DNA of 64,000 nucleotides. Source: Anaerolineae bacterium. GTDB lineage: Bacteria; Chloroflexota; Anaerolineae; Anaerolineales; E44-bin32. The notes beneath the pieces are model-generated. The model saw nothing but the letters and a program-made list of their open reading frames with translations, had not been told where the DNA came from and searched no databases. Numbering within the stretch: position 1 is the first letter of the stretch; each line of letters opens with the position of its first letter. The stretch is taken from NCBI GenBank assembly GCA_030605795.1, contig JAUWHR010000014.1, positions 2,728 to 66,727 of the forward strand, written 5' to 3'. The position numbers were made by a program, and so were the translations under genes. Shown one piece after another: positions 1-10,018 of the stretch.

Positions 1-941
1 AATTCTCTATGCTGCTCTGGCATGTCTTCAGCCATGTCAGCAATGGGGCTTGGGGTACGAATGCCTGCCACCACGTCCTCACCTTGGGCATTCAGCAGAT
101 ACTCGCCGTAAACCTCTTCCTCTCCAGTAGCAGGATTGCGAGTAAAAGCAACACCAGTTCCACTGTCCTTGCCCATGTTGCCAAAGACCATGGTCACTAC
201 GTTAACCGCGGTACCCAAATCGTGAGCTAAGCCTTCGACATTCCGATAAGTTGTGGCCGGCGCGCCGAACCACGAATCGAAGACGGCGGCAATGGCCTGA
301 CGCATTTGTTCGTAGGGATCATCAGGGAATGCCTCTCCAAGCTCTTTTTTGTACAACGCTTTGAAATCCTTAACCACGTCTTTTAACATATTGGCGGTAA
401 GGTCAACGTCTTGACCACCTTCGGTCTTGGTCTTGTATTCATCCAGAATGCGTTCGAAGGCATGACGATCCATGCCTTTAACAATATCGCCGAACATCTG
501 GATGAGACGGCGATAAGCATCCAAGGCAAAGCGTTCGTTGTCAGTCAGCTTAATAATGGACTTGAGCGTTTCAGGGTTGAGTCCAATATTCAGCACGGTA
601 TCCATCATGCCCGGCATGGAAACCCGTGCCCCAGAGCGGCAAGATACGAGCAAAGGATCGGATGGATCGCCGAACTTCTTGCCGGATTGCTTTTCAACTT
701 CCTTCATCGCCTCCAGCACCTGATCCCACAATCCTTCAGGTAGCTTCTTGCCTGCGTCGAAATAAGCATTACATGCCTCTGTCGTCACTGTGAAGCCCGG
801 AGGCACCGGCACTCCGATGCGGGTCATCTCGGCAAGATTGGCGCCCTTGCCTCCCAATAACGACCTGACCCCGTCCCAAGACCCGGCTTTCTCTTCAGCC
901 TGATCGATTTCATCGAACAGATAAACCCATTTCTGTGACAT
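1..941 (-). CDS. ppdK: Pyruvate, phosphate dikinase (5' part; runs off window edge)
   Basis: Manual minus-strand translation from ATG 941: MSQKWVYLFDE...LLGGKGANLAEMTRIGVPVPPGFTVTTEAC...SGARVSMPGMMDTVLNIGLN; GGAGG RBS upstream; absent from ORF track because no stop lies in the window. Confidence 0.95.
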   Translation of the reverse strand, partial: MSQKWVYLFDEIDQAEEKAGSWDGVRSLLGGKGANLAEMTRIGVPVPPGFTVTTEACNAYFDAGKKLPEGLWDQVLEAMKEVEKQSGKKFGDPSDPLLVSCRSGARVSMPGMMDTVLNIGLNPETLKSIIKLTDNERFALDAYRRLIQMFGDIVKGMDRHAFERILDEYKTKTEGGQDVDLTANMLKDVVKDFKALYKKELGEAFPDDPYEQMRQAIAAVFDSWFGAPATTYRNVEGLAHDLGTAVNVVTMVFGNMGKDSGTGVAFTRNPATGEEEVYGEYLLNAQGEDVVAGIRTPSPIADMAEDMPEQHRE

Positions 942-1058
942 TATTCAAATCCTCCCAAGGAGAAATCATTTCCAGGATTCAGGATGTGCGCCGCGTCCGT
1001 CACGACTGCGGGCACGGCGCAAAGCATCCGCTAATAATACATCAAAATTGTTGTGATG

Positions 1059-1409
1059 TCAGGATATTATCGGAAGGCCAATCCGGATCTCGTCCCCCTC
1101 CACCCGCACCGGATAGGCCGGTATATCAACCACCGCCGGTAGTGTCAACGCTTGGCCGGTCTCCAGGTCAAAGCGGGCTCCATGACGAGGACATTCGATA
1201 CCCTGCCCGTCTATCTCCCCCTCAGCCACTGGCCCATCATCATGGGAGCAGATGTCGGCGATGGCATAATACCGCCCGGCAATGTTGAATACCGCGATTA
1301 GATTACCAGCAACATCAAAGATCAGTCGCTCACCGTTCCTGATCTCATCCGTCGAAGCGATAGTCACATACTCTAATCGATCGTCGTCAAGCTGCCGATA
1401 GTTGAACAT
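1059..1409 (-). CDS. Rieske [2Fe-2S] ferredoxin (suf-associated)
   Basis: CSH...CPRH Rieske motifs; last gene of suf operon; ATG at 1409 preferred. Confidence 0.9.
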   Translation of the reverse strand: MFNYRQLDDDRLEYVTIASTDEIRNGERLIFDVAGNLIAVFNIAGRYYAIADICSHDDGPVAEGEIDGQGIECPRHGARFDLETGQALTLPAVVDIPAYPVRVEGDEIRIGLPIIS

Positions 1410-1475
1410 ACCTCTCACCTAAAAAACGCCGTACAATGCCAGCGAAAAATATACATCCCATTCAAGCTCTCTATT

Positions 1476-1871
1476 TCAGGCCCATTCCTCTTCGAGCTCT
1501 TCAATCCCATAGACGCCAGCTTTCAGAACTTTTAGCGAAAGCAGCGCACACTTGAGACGGGCCGGTCCTAATTCAATTCCCAGCATCTCCAGGATGTCTT
1601 CTTTGCCCAACCCCTTGATCTCATCCAGTGTCTTTCCAACCACCGATTCAACCAGTAGATCCGCTGAAGCCTGCGCGATGGCACAGCCAACACCGGAGAA
1701 GGCGGCTTCAGTGATGCGGTCATCGTCACCCACCCGCAGATCGATCCGGATCCGATCACCACAGAGTGGGTTGTCATCTTCATAGGAATAATCATGCGGG
1801 TCGAGAGTGCCCCGCATGAGGGGATGCTTATATCGATCAATAATCTGTTCCCGATAAAGGTCTTCCATCAT
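1476..1871 (-). CDS. sufU: SufU/IscU-type Fe-S assembly scaffold / sulfur-transfer protein
   Basis: NPLCGD, GCAIAQAS, RLKCA motifs; true start MMEDLYREQI with AGGAG RBS; ORF-track N-terminal extension to 2120 is translated repeat DNA. Confidence 0.9.
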   Translation of the reverse strand: MMEDLYREQIIDRYKHPLMRGTLDPHDYSYEDDNPLCGDRIRIDLRVGDDDRITEAAFSGVGCAIAQASADLLVESVVGKTLDEIKGLGKEDILEMLGIELGPARLKCALLSLKVLKAGVYGIEELEEEWA

Positions 1872-1886
1872 CAAACTCCTACCCCC

Positions 1887-2106
1887 GACCGCTCGTCCCG
1901 CGAGCGGAGCGAGACGGGACCGTTCGTCCCGCGAGCGTCGCGTAGCACCGTTCGTCCAGCTTGACTGGATCCCGTAGCCCCTCGACGGAGCCTGTCCTGA
2001 GCTTGACGAAGGGCTCGGGACCTTCGGCATAGCGGAGGGGTAGCGAGATCGTTCATCAAGCTTGACTTGACGGGACCGCTCGTCCCGCGAGCTGAGCGAG
2101 ACGGGA
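1887..2106. repeat. REP-like palindromic repeat cluster between sufS and sufU
   Basis: 33-bp unit gaccgctcgtcccgcgagc(g/t)gagcgagacggga at 1887-1919 and 2074-2106, partial copy 1918-1936, plus a cctgagcttgacgaagggctc unit near 1996-2017. Confidence 0.8.
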
Positions 2107-2145
2107 TTACTGATCTCCATCCCCCTCTCCCCCCAATTCTACCAG

Positions 2146-3393
2146 CTAACTAAAAATCTCCTTCACCTTATACAAGCCATCGACCAACTGGTCAATCTCC
2201 TCCAGTGTGTTGTACAGGTAGAACGAAGCGCGGGTGGTCGCAAGCAAGTTGAACTTTTCGTGGATCGGCATGGCACAGTGGTGACCGGCGCGCACCGCGA
2301 TCCCCCGATCATCGAGGATCTGGGCCACATCATGTGGGTGCACACCCTCTAACGTGAAAGAGGCCACACCGCCACGATGCTCTGCGCTGGGTCCATAGAC
2401 TCGCACACCAGGGATCTCTTCCAGCCGATCCAAGGCTCTCGCGATCAGATGTTGTTCGTGTTGGCGTACGGCCTGCATACCGAGTGAACTTAAATAATCG
2501 ACTGCCGCACCAAGACCGATGCCTTGAGCGATGGGCGGCGTGCCCGCTTCGAACTTATAGGGGAGATCATTAACCGTGAAGGAGTCCAGCCGGACTCGCT
2601 TGATCATATCACCGCCCCCCTGGAAAGGAGGCATTGCGTCCAACAACTCCTCACGACCGTATAGGATACCGATACCGGTTGGACCACACATCTTATGACT
2701 GGAGAACGCGAAAAAATCAACCCCAAGATTCGAGATATCCACCGGTAAGTGAGGGACGGACTGCGCCGCATCAATCAGAACTACCGCCCCCGCCTGGTGG
2801 GCCATTTGGGTCATCTCGGTCACCGGGTTGATCGTCCCCAGCATATTGGACATATGGGTGAAGGCGACCAGCTGGGGACAGCCCTCGAGTAAGTCCTTAT
2901 AGACTTCTAGATCGAGTAATCCGTCCTCGGTGACGGGGATGAAAGCCAGACGCAGTTCACGCTCCGCCGCCAGCATCTGCCATGGCACTAGATTAGAGTG
3001 GTGCTCCATTTCGGTCAGTATGATCAGGTCGCCCCGCTTTAGGTTGGCTCGACCCCAGGAGTAAGCCACCAGGTTGATCGCTTCTGTGGCGTTGCGGGTG
3101 AAGATCACCTGGCGGGGCGATGGCGCGCCGATGAAATCAGCCACTCGCTGCCGAGCATCCTCGAAGGCTTCAGTGGCTTCCTCCGCCAGACGGTGGATCC
3201 CACGGTGGATGTTGGCGTTCTGATGTTGGTAAAAAGAAGTCACCGCCTCAATCACCTGGCTCGGTTTCTGTGTGGTCGCGGCTGAGTCGAGGTAGACCAA
3301 GGGTACCCCAGGATGTATCTCCCGCGATATCACCGGAAAATCAGCTCGAATACTATCAACATCCAATACAGCAATTTCAGAACCATTAGGCAT
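2146..3393 (-). CDS. sufS: Cysteine desulfurase SufS
   Basis: YLDSAAT, HRG, SSHKMCG (PLP Lys), RAGHHCA catalytic Cys; ATG 3393 with GGAG RBS. Confidence 0.95.
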   Translation of the reverse strand: MPNGSEIAVLDVDSIRADFPVISREIHPGVPLVYLDSAATTQKPSQVIEAVTSFYQHQNANIHRGIHRLAEEATEAFEDARQRVADFIGAPSPRQVIFTRNATEAINLVAYSWGRANLKRGDLIILTEMEHHSNLVPWQMLAAERELRLAFIPVTEDGLLDLEVYKDLLEGCPQLVAFTHMSNMLGTINPVTEMTQMAHQAGAVVLIDAAQSVPHLPVDISNLGVDFFAFSSHKMCGPTGIGILYGREELLDAMPPFQGGGDMIKRVRLDSFTVNDLPYKFEAGTPPIAQGIGLGAAVDYLSSLGMQAVRQHEQHLIARALDRLEEIPGVRVYGPSAEHRGGVASFTLEGVHPHDVAQILDDRGIAVRAGHHCAMPIHEKFNLLATTRASFYLYNTLEEIDQLVDGLYKVKEIFS

Positions 3394-3408
3394 TACTAGC
3401 TCCATCCC

Positions 3409-3714
3409 TTATTTCCGTCGTGATCGGGAACGGCGTCTGGTCGCCGGTCGTATTTTATCGCTATTTTGTAGATACCAAAGAACTCGATCCGGGACCATCC
3501 AGCCGTTTGTGAGGTAAATATCCTCGACAAACTGAACGGCGACCATCTTCCTGTCCGCTTGTACGACCACCCCCCTAAGCCAGTCGCGAACGCGCTCGCC
3601 CTCACGGTTATGATCACAGTAGACTTCAACCCGGTCACCCACCTTGTAGGGTTTTTTCTGGATTCGGCTCACTTCCATCGGATTGATACTAATTTTCGTC
3701 ACTATCTCCCCCAA
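3409..3714 (-). CDS. Small hypothetical protein (SH3/KOW-like beta pattern) inside suf operon; start uncertain
   Basis: Fills the sufD-sufS gap on the same strand; YKVGDRVEV...W..GVVVQ pattern; basic C-terminal tail. Confidence 0.65.
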   Translation of the reverse strand: MGEIVTKISINPMEVSRIQKKPYKVGDRVEVYCDHNREGERVRDWLRGVVVQADRKMVAVQFVEDIYLTNGWMVPDRVLWYLQNSDKIRPATRRRSRSRRK

Positions 3715-3750
3715 GGAGAATATAAGGCAAGCCCGTTCGCCTGCCGACGG

Positions 3751-5103
3751 TTACATCTTCGCTAGCTTTTTGTCGATCATGCGCTGAAAGCGATCTCGCA
3801 CACTTTCGAAGGGAATGCGCTCCATGATTGGCGTGAAGAAGCCATCAATGACCATCCGTTCCGCTTCTCTACGTGGCAGACCACGCGACATGAGGTAGAA
3901 AATCGGTTCATCCTCTAACTGCCCAACCGTCGCACCGTGGGTACAACGGACATCGTCAGCTAGGATCTCAAGACCTGGGATCGAATCAGCTCGAGCCTGT
4001 TTACTTAAGATCAAATTGCGGTTAGCCTGGTAGCCATCCGTTTGCTGCGCACCAGGCGCGACGTAAATCATCCCTTGCCACACCGAACGGCTTCGATCCA
4101 ACAGCGCCCCCTTGAAAAGCAAGTCGCTGGTGGTGCGCGGCGCCGAGTGGTTCTGCTGGGTATCGTGATCCAGGTGTTGAACCCCGTCGGCGAAGTAGAA
4201 GGCTGACATGCGGCTCTCGGCCCCCTCACCTAAGAGGTTAATCTCACTGAAATTTTTTGTCAAATGGCTACCCACACCACCATAGATCCAATCCAGGCGA
4301 GCATCGCGGCCTACATGCGCCCGTTCATGGGTGAAATTCCACACATGCTGGCCAAGACTTTGTACTTCGATGAAAGTCAAACTGGCGCCATCTCCGACGC
4401 CAATCTCGACAATTCCTGCATGCGCCGATTGTCCACTAGGCGCCGTTGGCGAAGCTGTTTCGTGCATGTAGGTTACCGATGCCCCCTCCCCAACAATCAA
4501 CAGCACGCGGCTGAAATACGCCGCCTGCGATCCTGGAGCCCAAAAGATCGAGTGCAACGGCTGCTTAACCTCGACCCCTGGAGGCACATAGAGTAGAACC
4601 CCATGCTCACTCATGGTTGCTGCCAGGGCTGAAAATTTTCCCTCCTCGTCAGGGACTATCGCTCCTAGGTGGGCTTTCAGCAGGTCATCGTGCTCCCGCA
4701 CAGCGGTAGCCCAATCCACCGCGATCACACTATTTTCTGCCAGCTCTTGGCCACCCTCTACAATGGAAGGGAATCCAGGGCGCAAAACAAGCAACCAACC
4801 GTGCGGGTCGTTGGTCAATGGCTTGAGCAGCTCCGGATCCACCGAGATATCTTCCGCCGGCTTTAGCACCAATTCGTCAGCCGGCAGATTACGGATATCG
4901 GTACGTCGCCAGGGCTCATCCTTCAGGTTTGGCATTGGCATTGAGCGATATGCCTGCCAAGCATCCCAGCGACGTTCCGCCAACCATGTGGGTTCTTCCA
5001 AACGTTTAGATACGCTTATCACGTCGGCTTCTGTGAAGGGAAATTCAGGCGCGACTGTTGGGCGAACCTTGTGCTTCCGACGGATAATGGTGCTAGTACT
5101 CAT
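3751..5103 (-). CDS. sufD: Fe-S cluster assembly protein SufD
   Basis: EPWRRT, IPGLEILADDVRCTHGATVG, FYLMSRG motifs; operon position. Confidence 0.93.
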   Translation of the reverse strand: MSTSTIIRRKHKVRPTVAPEFPFTEADVISVSKRLEEPTWLAERRWDAWQAYRSMPMPNLKDEPWRRTDIRNLPADELVLKPAEDISVDPELLKPLTNDPHGWLLVLRPGFPSIVEGGQELAENSVIAVDWATAVREHDDLLKAHLGAIVPDEEGKFSALAATMSEHGVLLYVPPGVEVKQPLHSIFWAPGSQAAYFSRVLLIVGEGASVTYMHETASPTAPSGQSAHAGIVEIGVGDGASLTFIEVQSLGQHVWNFTHERAHVGRDARLDWIYGGVGSHLTKNFSEINLLGEGAESRMSAFYFADGVQHLDHDTQQNHSAPRTTSDLLFKGALLDRSRSVWQGMIYVAPGAQQTDGYQANRNLILSKQARADSIPGLEILADDVRCTHGATVGQLEDEPIFYLMSRGLPRREAERMVIDGFFTPIMERIPFESVRDRFQRMIDKKLAKM

Positions 5104-5171
5104 TCCGGTGTCTTCCTCAATTGACCGCTTAAAAAATACGGCCGGTCCCTGTCGGCTTGCAGGGACAACGG

Positions 5172-6584
5172 CTAACCGATCGAACCTTCCATCTGTATCT
5201 GAATCAAACGGTTCATTTCAACCGCATACTCCATTGGCAACTCTTTCACCAATGGCTCGATGAATCCCGAGACAACCATCGTGGTCGCCTCTCCCACACT
5301 CAAACCACGGCTCATCAGATAAAACAATTGCTCCTCGCCCACCCTGCTCACCGAAGCCTCATGGCCGATGTTCACCTCGTCCACGTCAATTTCGATGTAG
5401 GGATAGGTATCAGAACGCGATTGTGGGTCGAGCAACAGAGCGTCACAGACTACTTTAGAGCGCGATCCCACTGCGTTCTTCTGAACCTTGAGCAGACCGC
5501 GGTAAGAAGCCCTCCCACCGCCTTGGCTGATTGACTTGGAGGTAATCTTGCTCGATGTGTTAGCCGCGGCATGGATAACCTTACCCCCGGTGTCCTGATG
5601 CTGCCCATTTGTGGCGAAGGCCATTGAAAGGATCTCGCCATGTGCCCCTTCACCCACCAAATAGCAAGATGGATACTTCATCGTCAGCTTACTGCCGATG
5701 TTGGCGTCAATCCATTCCATCGTGGCATCTTCGTGGACTATCGCCCGTTGGGTAACCAGGTTGTAAACATTGGTCGACCAGTTCTGGATCGTGGTATAGC
5801 GACAGCGAGCACCTTTCTTGACCACGATCTCAATCACACCGCTGTGAAAAGAGTTGGTAGTATAAGTCGGCGCCGTGCAACCCTCTACGTAGTGTACCCG
5901 CGCACCCTCATCGACGATGATCAGTGTGCGTTCAAATTGACCGATGTTGGCTACATTAAGCCGGAAGTAAGCCTGCAGCGGAAGTTCGACATTCACTCCC
6001 GGCGGCACGTAGACGAAGGAACCTCCTGACCACACGGCGCTATTCAGGGCCGCAAATTTGTTGTCGCTGATCGGGACCACTTTGCTGAAGTACTCTCGGA
6101 ACAGGTCCTCATGTTGTTGCAGGCCTTCTTCGATCCTGACGAAGATTACCCCCTGCTCCTGGAGGTGCTCCTGTATGCTGTGGTAAACCATCTCCGACTC
6201 GTATTGAGCTCCCACCCCCGCCAGGAACTTCTGTTCCGCTTCTGGGATCCCCAACCTGTCGAAGGTCTCTTTGATCGTATCGGGCACATCATCCCAGGAT
6301 CGACTCTCCTGCTCGGCTGGCCGAACGTAATAATAAATATCGTCCAGGTCGAGCTTGGAGATGTCCCCACCCCAGACGGGCATCGGACGGGATTGATAGT
6401 GCTCAAGTGCCTTGAGCCGGAACTCAAGCATCCAATCTGGTTCACCCTTTATCCGTGATATTTGCTCCACCACCCCACGGTCGAGCCCTTTGCCGGTTTT
6501 AAAGACCGAAACATCTGGATCACTAAAACCGTACTTATTTCGATCGATCCCTTCTAAGTACTCTAGATCCGTATCTGCCGGCAT
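5172..6584 (-). CDS. sufB: Fe-S cluster assembly protein SufB
   Basis: [48 protein letters not shown]. Confidence 0.97.
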   Translation of the reverse strand: MPADTDLEYLEGIDRNKYGFSDPDVSVFKTGKGLDRGVVEQISRIKGEPDWMLEFRLKALEHYQSRPMPVWGGDISKLDLDDIYYYVRPAEQESRSWDDVPDTIKETFDRLGIPEAEQKFLAGVGAQYESEMVYHSIQEHLQEQGVIFVRIEEGLQQHEDLFREYFSKVVPISDNKFAALNSAVWSGGSFVYVPPGVNVELPLQAYFRLNVANIGQFERTLIIVDEGARVHYVEGCTAPTYTTNSFHSGVIEIVVKKGARCRYTTIQNWSTNVYNLVTQRAIVHEDATMEWIDANIGSKLTMKYPSCYLVGEGAHGEILSMAFATNGQHQDTGGKVIHAAANTSSKITSKSISQGGGRASYRGLLKVQKNAVGSRSKVVCDALLLDPQSRSDTYPYIEIDVDEVNIGHEASVSRVGEEQLFYLMSRGLSVGEATTMVVSGFIEPLVKELPMEYAVEMNRLIQIQMEGSIG

Positions 6585-6587
6585 TTA

Positions 6588-7367
6588 TTACTCCACCACG
6601 CTACCGTTGTGTCTCTCACGAATCCAATCGTAACCATGTTCTTCTAAGTGCTCAGCCAGATCTGCGCCTCCGGATTCAACGATCCGTCCATCGAGCATGA
6701 TATGGACATGGTCAGGCTTGATATAGTTTAATATCCGCTGGTAGTGGGTGATAATCAGCACGCCCAACTCGGGACCGGCAAGCGCATCTACACCTGAGGC
6801 TACAATACGCAGCGCATCGATGTCAAGTCCCGAATCGGTTTCGTCCAGAACGGCGATTTCCGGTTCCAGGACCGCCATCTGCAGGATCTCGGCCCGCTTC
6901 TTCTCGCCTCCCGAAAAACCCTCATTCAGATAGCGACCGGCAAACTCATGAGGCATTTGGAGCAGATCCATCTTCTCCTTTAACATCTTGCGGAACTTGG
7001 GGATGGAAATACCTTTCTCGTCTGGGTTATCAGCCCTGAGTCGGGCGTTGATTGCCGATCGCAGAAAGTTGGCCAGCGATACGCCGGGGATCGCCACTGG
7101 ATATTGAAAAGCTAGGAAAAGACCCAACCGAGCACGTTCATCAGGCTCCAGGTCTTCCAGGTCTCGACCATTGAAAAGCATCTGTCCCTGAGTTACGTCG
7201 TACTTGGGGTGCCCCATCAAGGCGTAAGCGAGAGTGGATTTTCCTGTACCGTTCGGGCCCATCAAGGCATGGATTTCACCTTGACCTACCATAAGATCAA
7301 CCCCCTTTAATATCTTGGTATCCTCGACAGCAACGTGAAGATCACGTATCTCCAGAGTGGCAGCCAT
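6588..7367 (-). CDS. sufC: Fe-S cluster assembly ATPase SufC
   Basis: GPNGTGKST Walker A, FSGGEKKRAE, LDETDSGLDIDA. Confidence 0.97.
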   Translation of the reverse strand: MAATLEIRDLHVAVEDTKILKGVDLMVGQGEIHALMGPNGTGKSTLAYALMGHPKYDVTQGQMLFNGRDLEDLEPDERARLGLFLAFQYPVAIPGVSLANFLRSAINARLRADNPDEKGISIPKFRKMLKEKMDLLQMPHEFAGRYLNEGFSGGEKKRAEILQMAVLEPEIAVLDETDSGLDIDALRIVASGVDALAGPELGVLIITHYQRILNYIKPDHVHIMLDGRIVESGGADLAEHLEEHGYDWIRERHNGSVVE

Positions 7368-7420
7368 TCACAAACCTCCAGCCGCGGCTCGCGCGGCTTA
7401 TTGCCTGGGTATTAGGGCGG

Positions 7421-7449
7421 ATTATAGCACGTCGATTCCAACGTGTCAA
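7421..7449 (-). promoter_or_regulatory. Sigma70-type promoter of suf operon
   Basis: TTGACA (7449-7444) - 17 bp - TATAAT (7426-7421) with extended TG; perfect consensus. Confidence 0.8.
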
Positions 7450-7455
7450 TAATTG

Positions 7456-7545
7456 TGATAAATATCATAAATATTCATCCTTTGGTGTCCTGTTAGTGTA
7501 TAAATAAGCCTCAATTGTATATAAATGATAAATATCTGAAATATT
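7456..7545. promoter_or_regulatory. Direct-repeat operator candidates (SufR sites)
   Basis: TGATAAATATC(AT/TG)AAATATT at 7456-7475 and 7526-7545, each adjacent to a -35 box of the divergent promoters. Confidence 0.5.
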
Positions 7546-7572
7546 GACGTTTCATGATCATCCGGTTATACT
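7544..7572 (+). promoter_or_regulatory. Sigma70-type promoter of sufR (near-leaderless)
   Basis: TTGACG - 17 bp - TATACT, ending 9 bp before ATG 7582. Confidence 0.7.
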
Positions 7573-7581
7573 GCTAAGTAT

Positions 7582-8208
7582 ATGGCATCGACAACGCGTG
7601 AGACCATCCTGCGCTCACTACGGGAGCAGGGTCAGTGTACGGTAAAAGAGTTGGCTGAAATCGTGGGGATCTCACCGGTTTCCGTGCGTCATCACCTGTC
7701 TCACCTCCAGGTAGATAGGCTGGTGATCGCTGAGGAGATTCGGCATGGTGTAGGCCGACCACACCACATGTTTTCGTTAACCGAAGAGGCCCTCGAGCTG
7801 TTCCCCACCCGCTATTTCCGATTAATCAGCCGCCTACTTGAAGAAATCAAGGATGGTCTATCGCAGAAGCAAGTAGAGACGATTTTCAAAAGAATAGCGA
7901 AGTCGATCACCGAGAATTACGATGAGTCGTTTGAAAATCTTCCGATGGAAGAGCGGTTTCAACGCCTAGTAAGCCTACTTTCCAACGAGGGCTTCGATGC
8001 TAAATACGAGAAGCAAAAGGGGCAGATTATCATTCACATGTTCAGTTGCCCGTATCTCAAGCTCGTCCAGCAGCACCCTGAGATCTGCTTAGTCGGCCAG
8101 GCCCTCATCTCCGAGGCGCTCGCTCTTCCGTCTGAGCGTATCACTTGCATTTATGATGGCGATGCCCACTGCACCTTTTCCGTACCACTGAATGCCGGAG
8201 ATTGGTAA
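7582..8208 (+). CDS. sufR: SufR-like HTH transcriptional regulator
   Basis: N-terminal HTH, GVGRP, C-terminal CPY..HPEIC...C Fe-S ligands; divergent from sufC. Confidence 0.8.
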   Translation: MASTTRETILRSLREQGQCTVKELAEIVGISPVSVRHHLSHLQVDRLVIAEEIRHGVGRPHHMFSLTEEALELFPTRYFRLISRLLEEIKDGLSQKQVETIFKRIAKSITENYDESFENLPMEERFQRLVSLLSNEGFDAKYEKQKGQIIIHMFSCPYLKLVQQHPEICLVGQALISEALALPSERITCIYDGDAHCTFSVPLNAGDW

Positions 8209-8552
8209 GTGTGACCGAAGAAACCCCGGAACTACTGTGGGAAGCTGATTCGACCCACCCCCAGCAAGCCAAGAACATCCGCCAAATGTTGCGCCAGGTT
8301 ATGGATCCTGAGATCAGGATGAATATCATTGAGCTGGGTCTGGTACGTGAGGTCTCATTAAGCGACGCAGGACTTCACTTGAGAATGATCCTGACTACAC
8401 CCTTTTGCCCCTATGGACCCGCCATTCTCGAAATGGCCCGCGCCAAGGCGGAAGAGACCGCCGGGGTGCCGACTACGATCGAACTCGGGATGGAAATGTG
8501 GGAACCGAGCATGATGGAGAACGGTTCCGCAGCTGATTGGGGCCTCTTATGA
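8202..8552 (+). CDS. SufT/PaaD-like (DUF59) metal-sulfur cluster assembly factor
   Basis: DPEI..NIIELGLV, LTTPFCP motifs. Confidence 0.88.
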   Translation: MVSVTEETPELLWEADSTHPQQAKNIRQMLRQVMDPEIRMNIIELGLVREVSLSDAGLHLRMILTTPFCPYGPAILEMARAKAEETAGVPTTIELGMEMWEPSMMENGSAADWGLL

Positions 8553-8572
8553 ACTTCCCTGCGTTGAATTAT

Positions 8573-8835
8573 GTAGCGCACGGATCGGGAACTACACCCC
8601 CGATAAATTCACCGGGACGAACGGTCCAGTCAAGCTGGACGAACGGCCGGCATCTGTGACCGTGCACACTTACGATATCAACATGATTATTACGGGTTAA
8701 TGTCATTCCGAGGCGTGAAACGCCGAGGAATCTAGTTTTTTGTTGAATAACATTCTGCAATTGAAGCAACGAGATTCCACGTAGGGGCGTACGGTCACAG
8801 ATGCCGGGTGTAGTTCCCGGTCCGTACGCCCCTAC
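8573..8835. repeat. Nested REP/REPIN-like inverted repeat mosaic
   Basis: gtaggggcgtacgg...ccgtacgcccctac at 8781-8835; degenerate inverted copy at 8573-8673 interrupted by a ~45-bp insert; gtcattccgagg...gaggaatct unit at 8702-8733. Confidence 0.75.
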
Positions 8836-8889
8836 TATGGGTTATTGTCATTTTAATGCCTGTACCATGAGACATTAAAGCCAAGGGGG

Positions 8890-9207
8890 TCACCTAGTTG
8901 TTACCGTTACTGTCTGTGGATCTACAGATCCTCGCTTTTTTCGCCCAATCATGCCAATTAGATTAAGCCAACCAAGAAGAAGCCGAAGAAGCAGCCCAAC
9001 CATAGTAATCGCCAACAGCAGGGCTGTAGCCAGGACGACCACCATCATCCAGCCCGAAAACAACCCTCCACCCTGGTAGGTCACCAAACGAGCACGCAGG
9101 CGCCGGAGGAAGCGGGGATTAGGCTCGACCGGGACTAGGACCTGAGCCAGCCATGCCTCCAACTGTTTCTTTTCCAATCTTTTTCCCCCTCGTCCGGCTT
9201 CCATCAT
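8890..9207 (-). CDS. Small membrane protein, possible anti-sigma factor
   Basis: Follows ECF sigma gene; PVEPNPRFLRRL segment plus long hydrophobic helix; GGAGG RBS. Confidence 0.6.
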   Translation of the reverse strand: MMEAGRGGKRLEKKQLEAWLAQVLVPVEPNPRFLRRLRARLVTYQGGGLFSGWMMVVVLATALLLAITMVGLLLRLLLGWLNLIGMIGRKKRGSVDPQTVTVTTR

Positions 9208-9318
9208 TCACCCTCCATAATCCCGTATTTACCTGACAGAACCCATCACCGATTACATCAAAGGGTGGGTCGATTTATTCCGAAATTACTTTACGCTACC
9301 ACCACAAAAGCGTGATAC

Positions 9319-9873
9319 TTAATTCCCCGAAGGTATTATCTCCTCCCTTAAAGTATTGAGCGTCCGGTGATAGAGGCTTTTAATAGCACCTTCCGTTCGA
9401 CCCATGATTTCACCAATCTGCGCATTCGACAGCCGCTCAACGAACTTAAGAATAAGCAATTGCTGACGATCTGGCGGCAACTGGCTAACAGCGGCTAACA
9501 TCATCCGTTGCTCCTCCTCAGCGATGGCCTCAGATTCGGGATGTTCACTCTCCCGGATGTTAGCTAGATGGAATTCCAGAGGGACGACTGGGCGGCGACT
9601 TCGGTCGCGATGCCAGTTAGCCACTAGATTATGCGCAATGCGATATAACCACGCGGAGAAGGGTACGCCTTGATCCTCAAAGTTAATCACATGGCTCATC
9701 GCCCTCTGGAACACCCGCGCCGTTAGGTCCTCGGCGTCGTGGTGGTTCCCGGTGCGATAGTAAATATAGTTGTAGATCCGGAGGACATGCCTCTCATATA
9801 ATTCGCCGAAAGCTTCAGGATCCGATGCCGTTCTTCGGACGAGTTCCATGTCACCTACGTCTGGCTTGGTCAT
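9319..9873 (-). CDS. ECF RNA polymerase sigma factor
   Basis: AFGELYERH, DAEDL, FSAWLYRIAHN region 2; region 4 IGEIMGRTEGAIKS. Confidence 0.92.
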   Translation of the reverse strand: MTKPDVGDMELVRRTASDPEAFGELYERHVLRIYNYIYYRTGNHHDAEDLTARVFQRAMSHVINFEDQGVPFSAWLYRIAHNLVANWHRDRSRRPVVPLEFHLANIRESEHPESEAIAEEEQRMMLAAVSQLPPDRQQLLILKFVERLSNAQIGEIMGRTEGAIKSLYHRTLNTLREEIIPSGN

Positions 9874-10018
9874 CGGACCCGATTCACCGGGATATGCCTT
9901 TCATTACGGAAAACCCCACTGTTTATGGATCGTTACCCTATCGAGAGTACCTCTGATCCCTCACAATTTGGAGTATAGCATGGATGATCCGGCTTGATGC
10001 TATAATGCCTCCACCCCT

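Noticed and set aside
1887-2106. CRISPR array
   Set aside because: Repeats are irregularly spaced palindromic mosaics without unique equal-length spacers; no cas genes in the window
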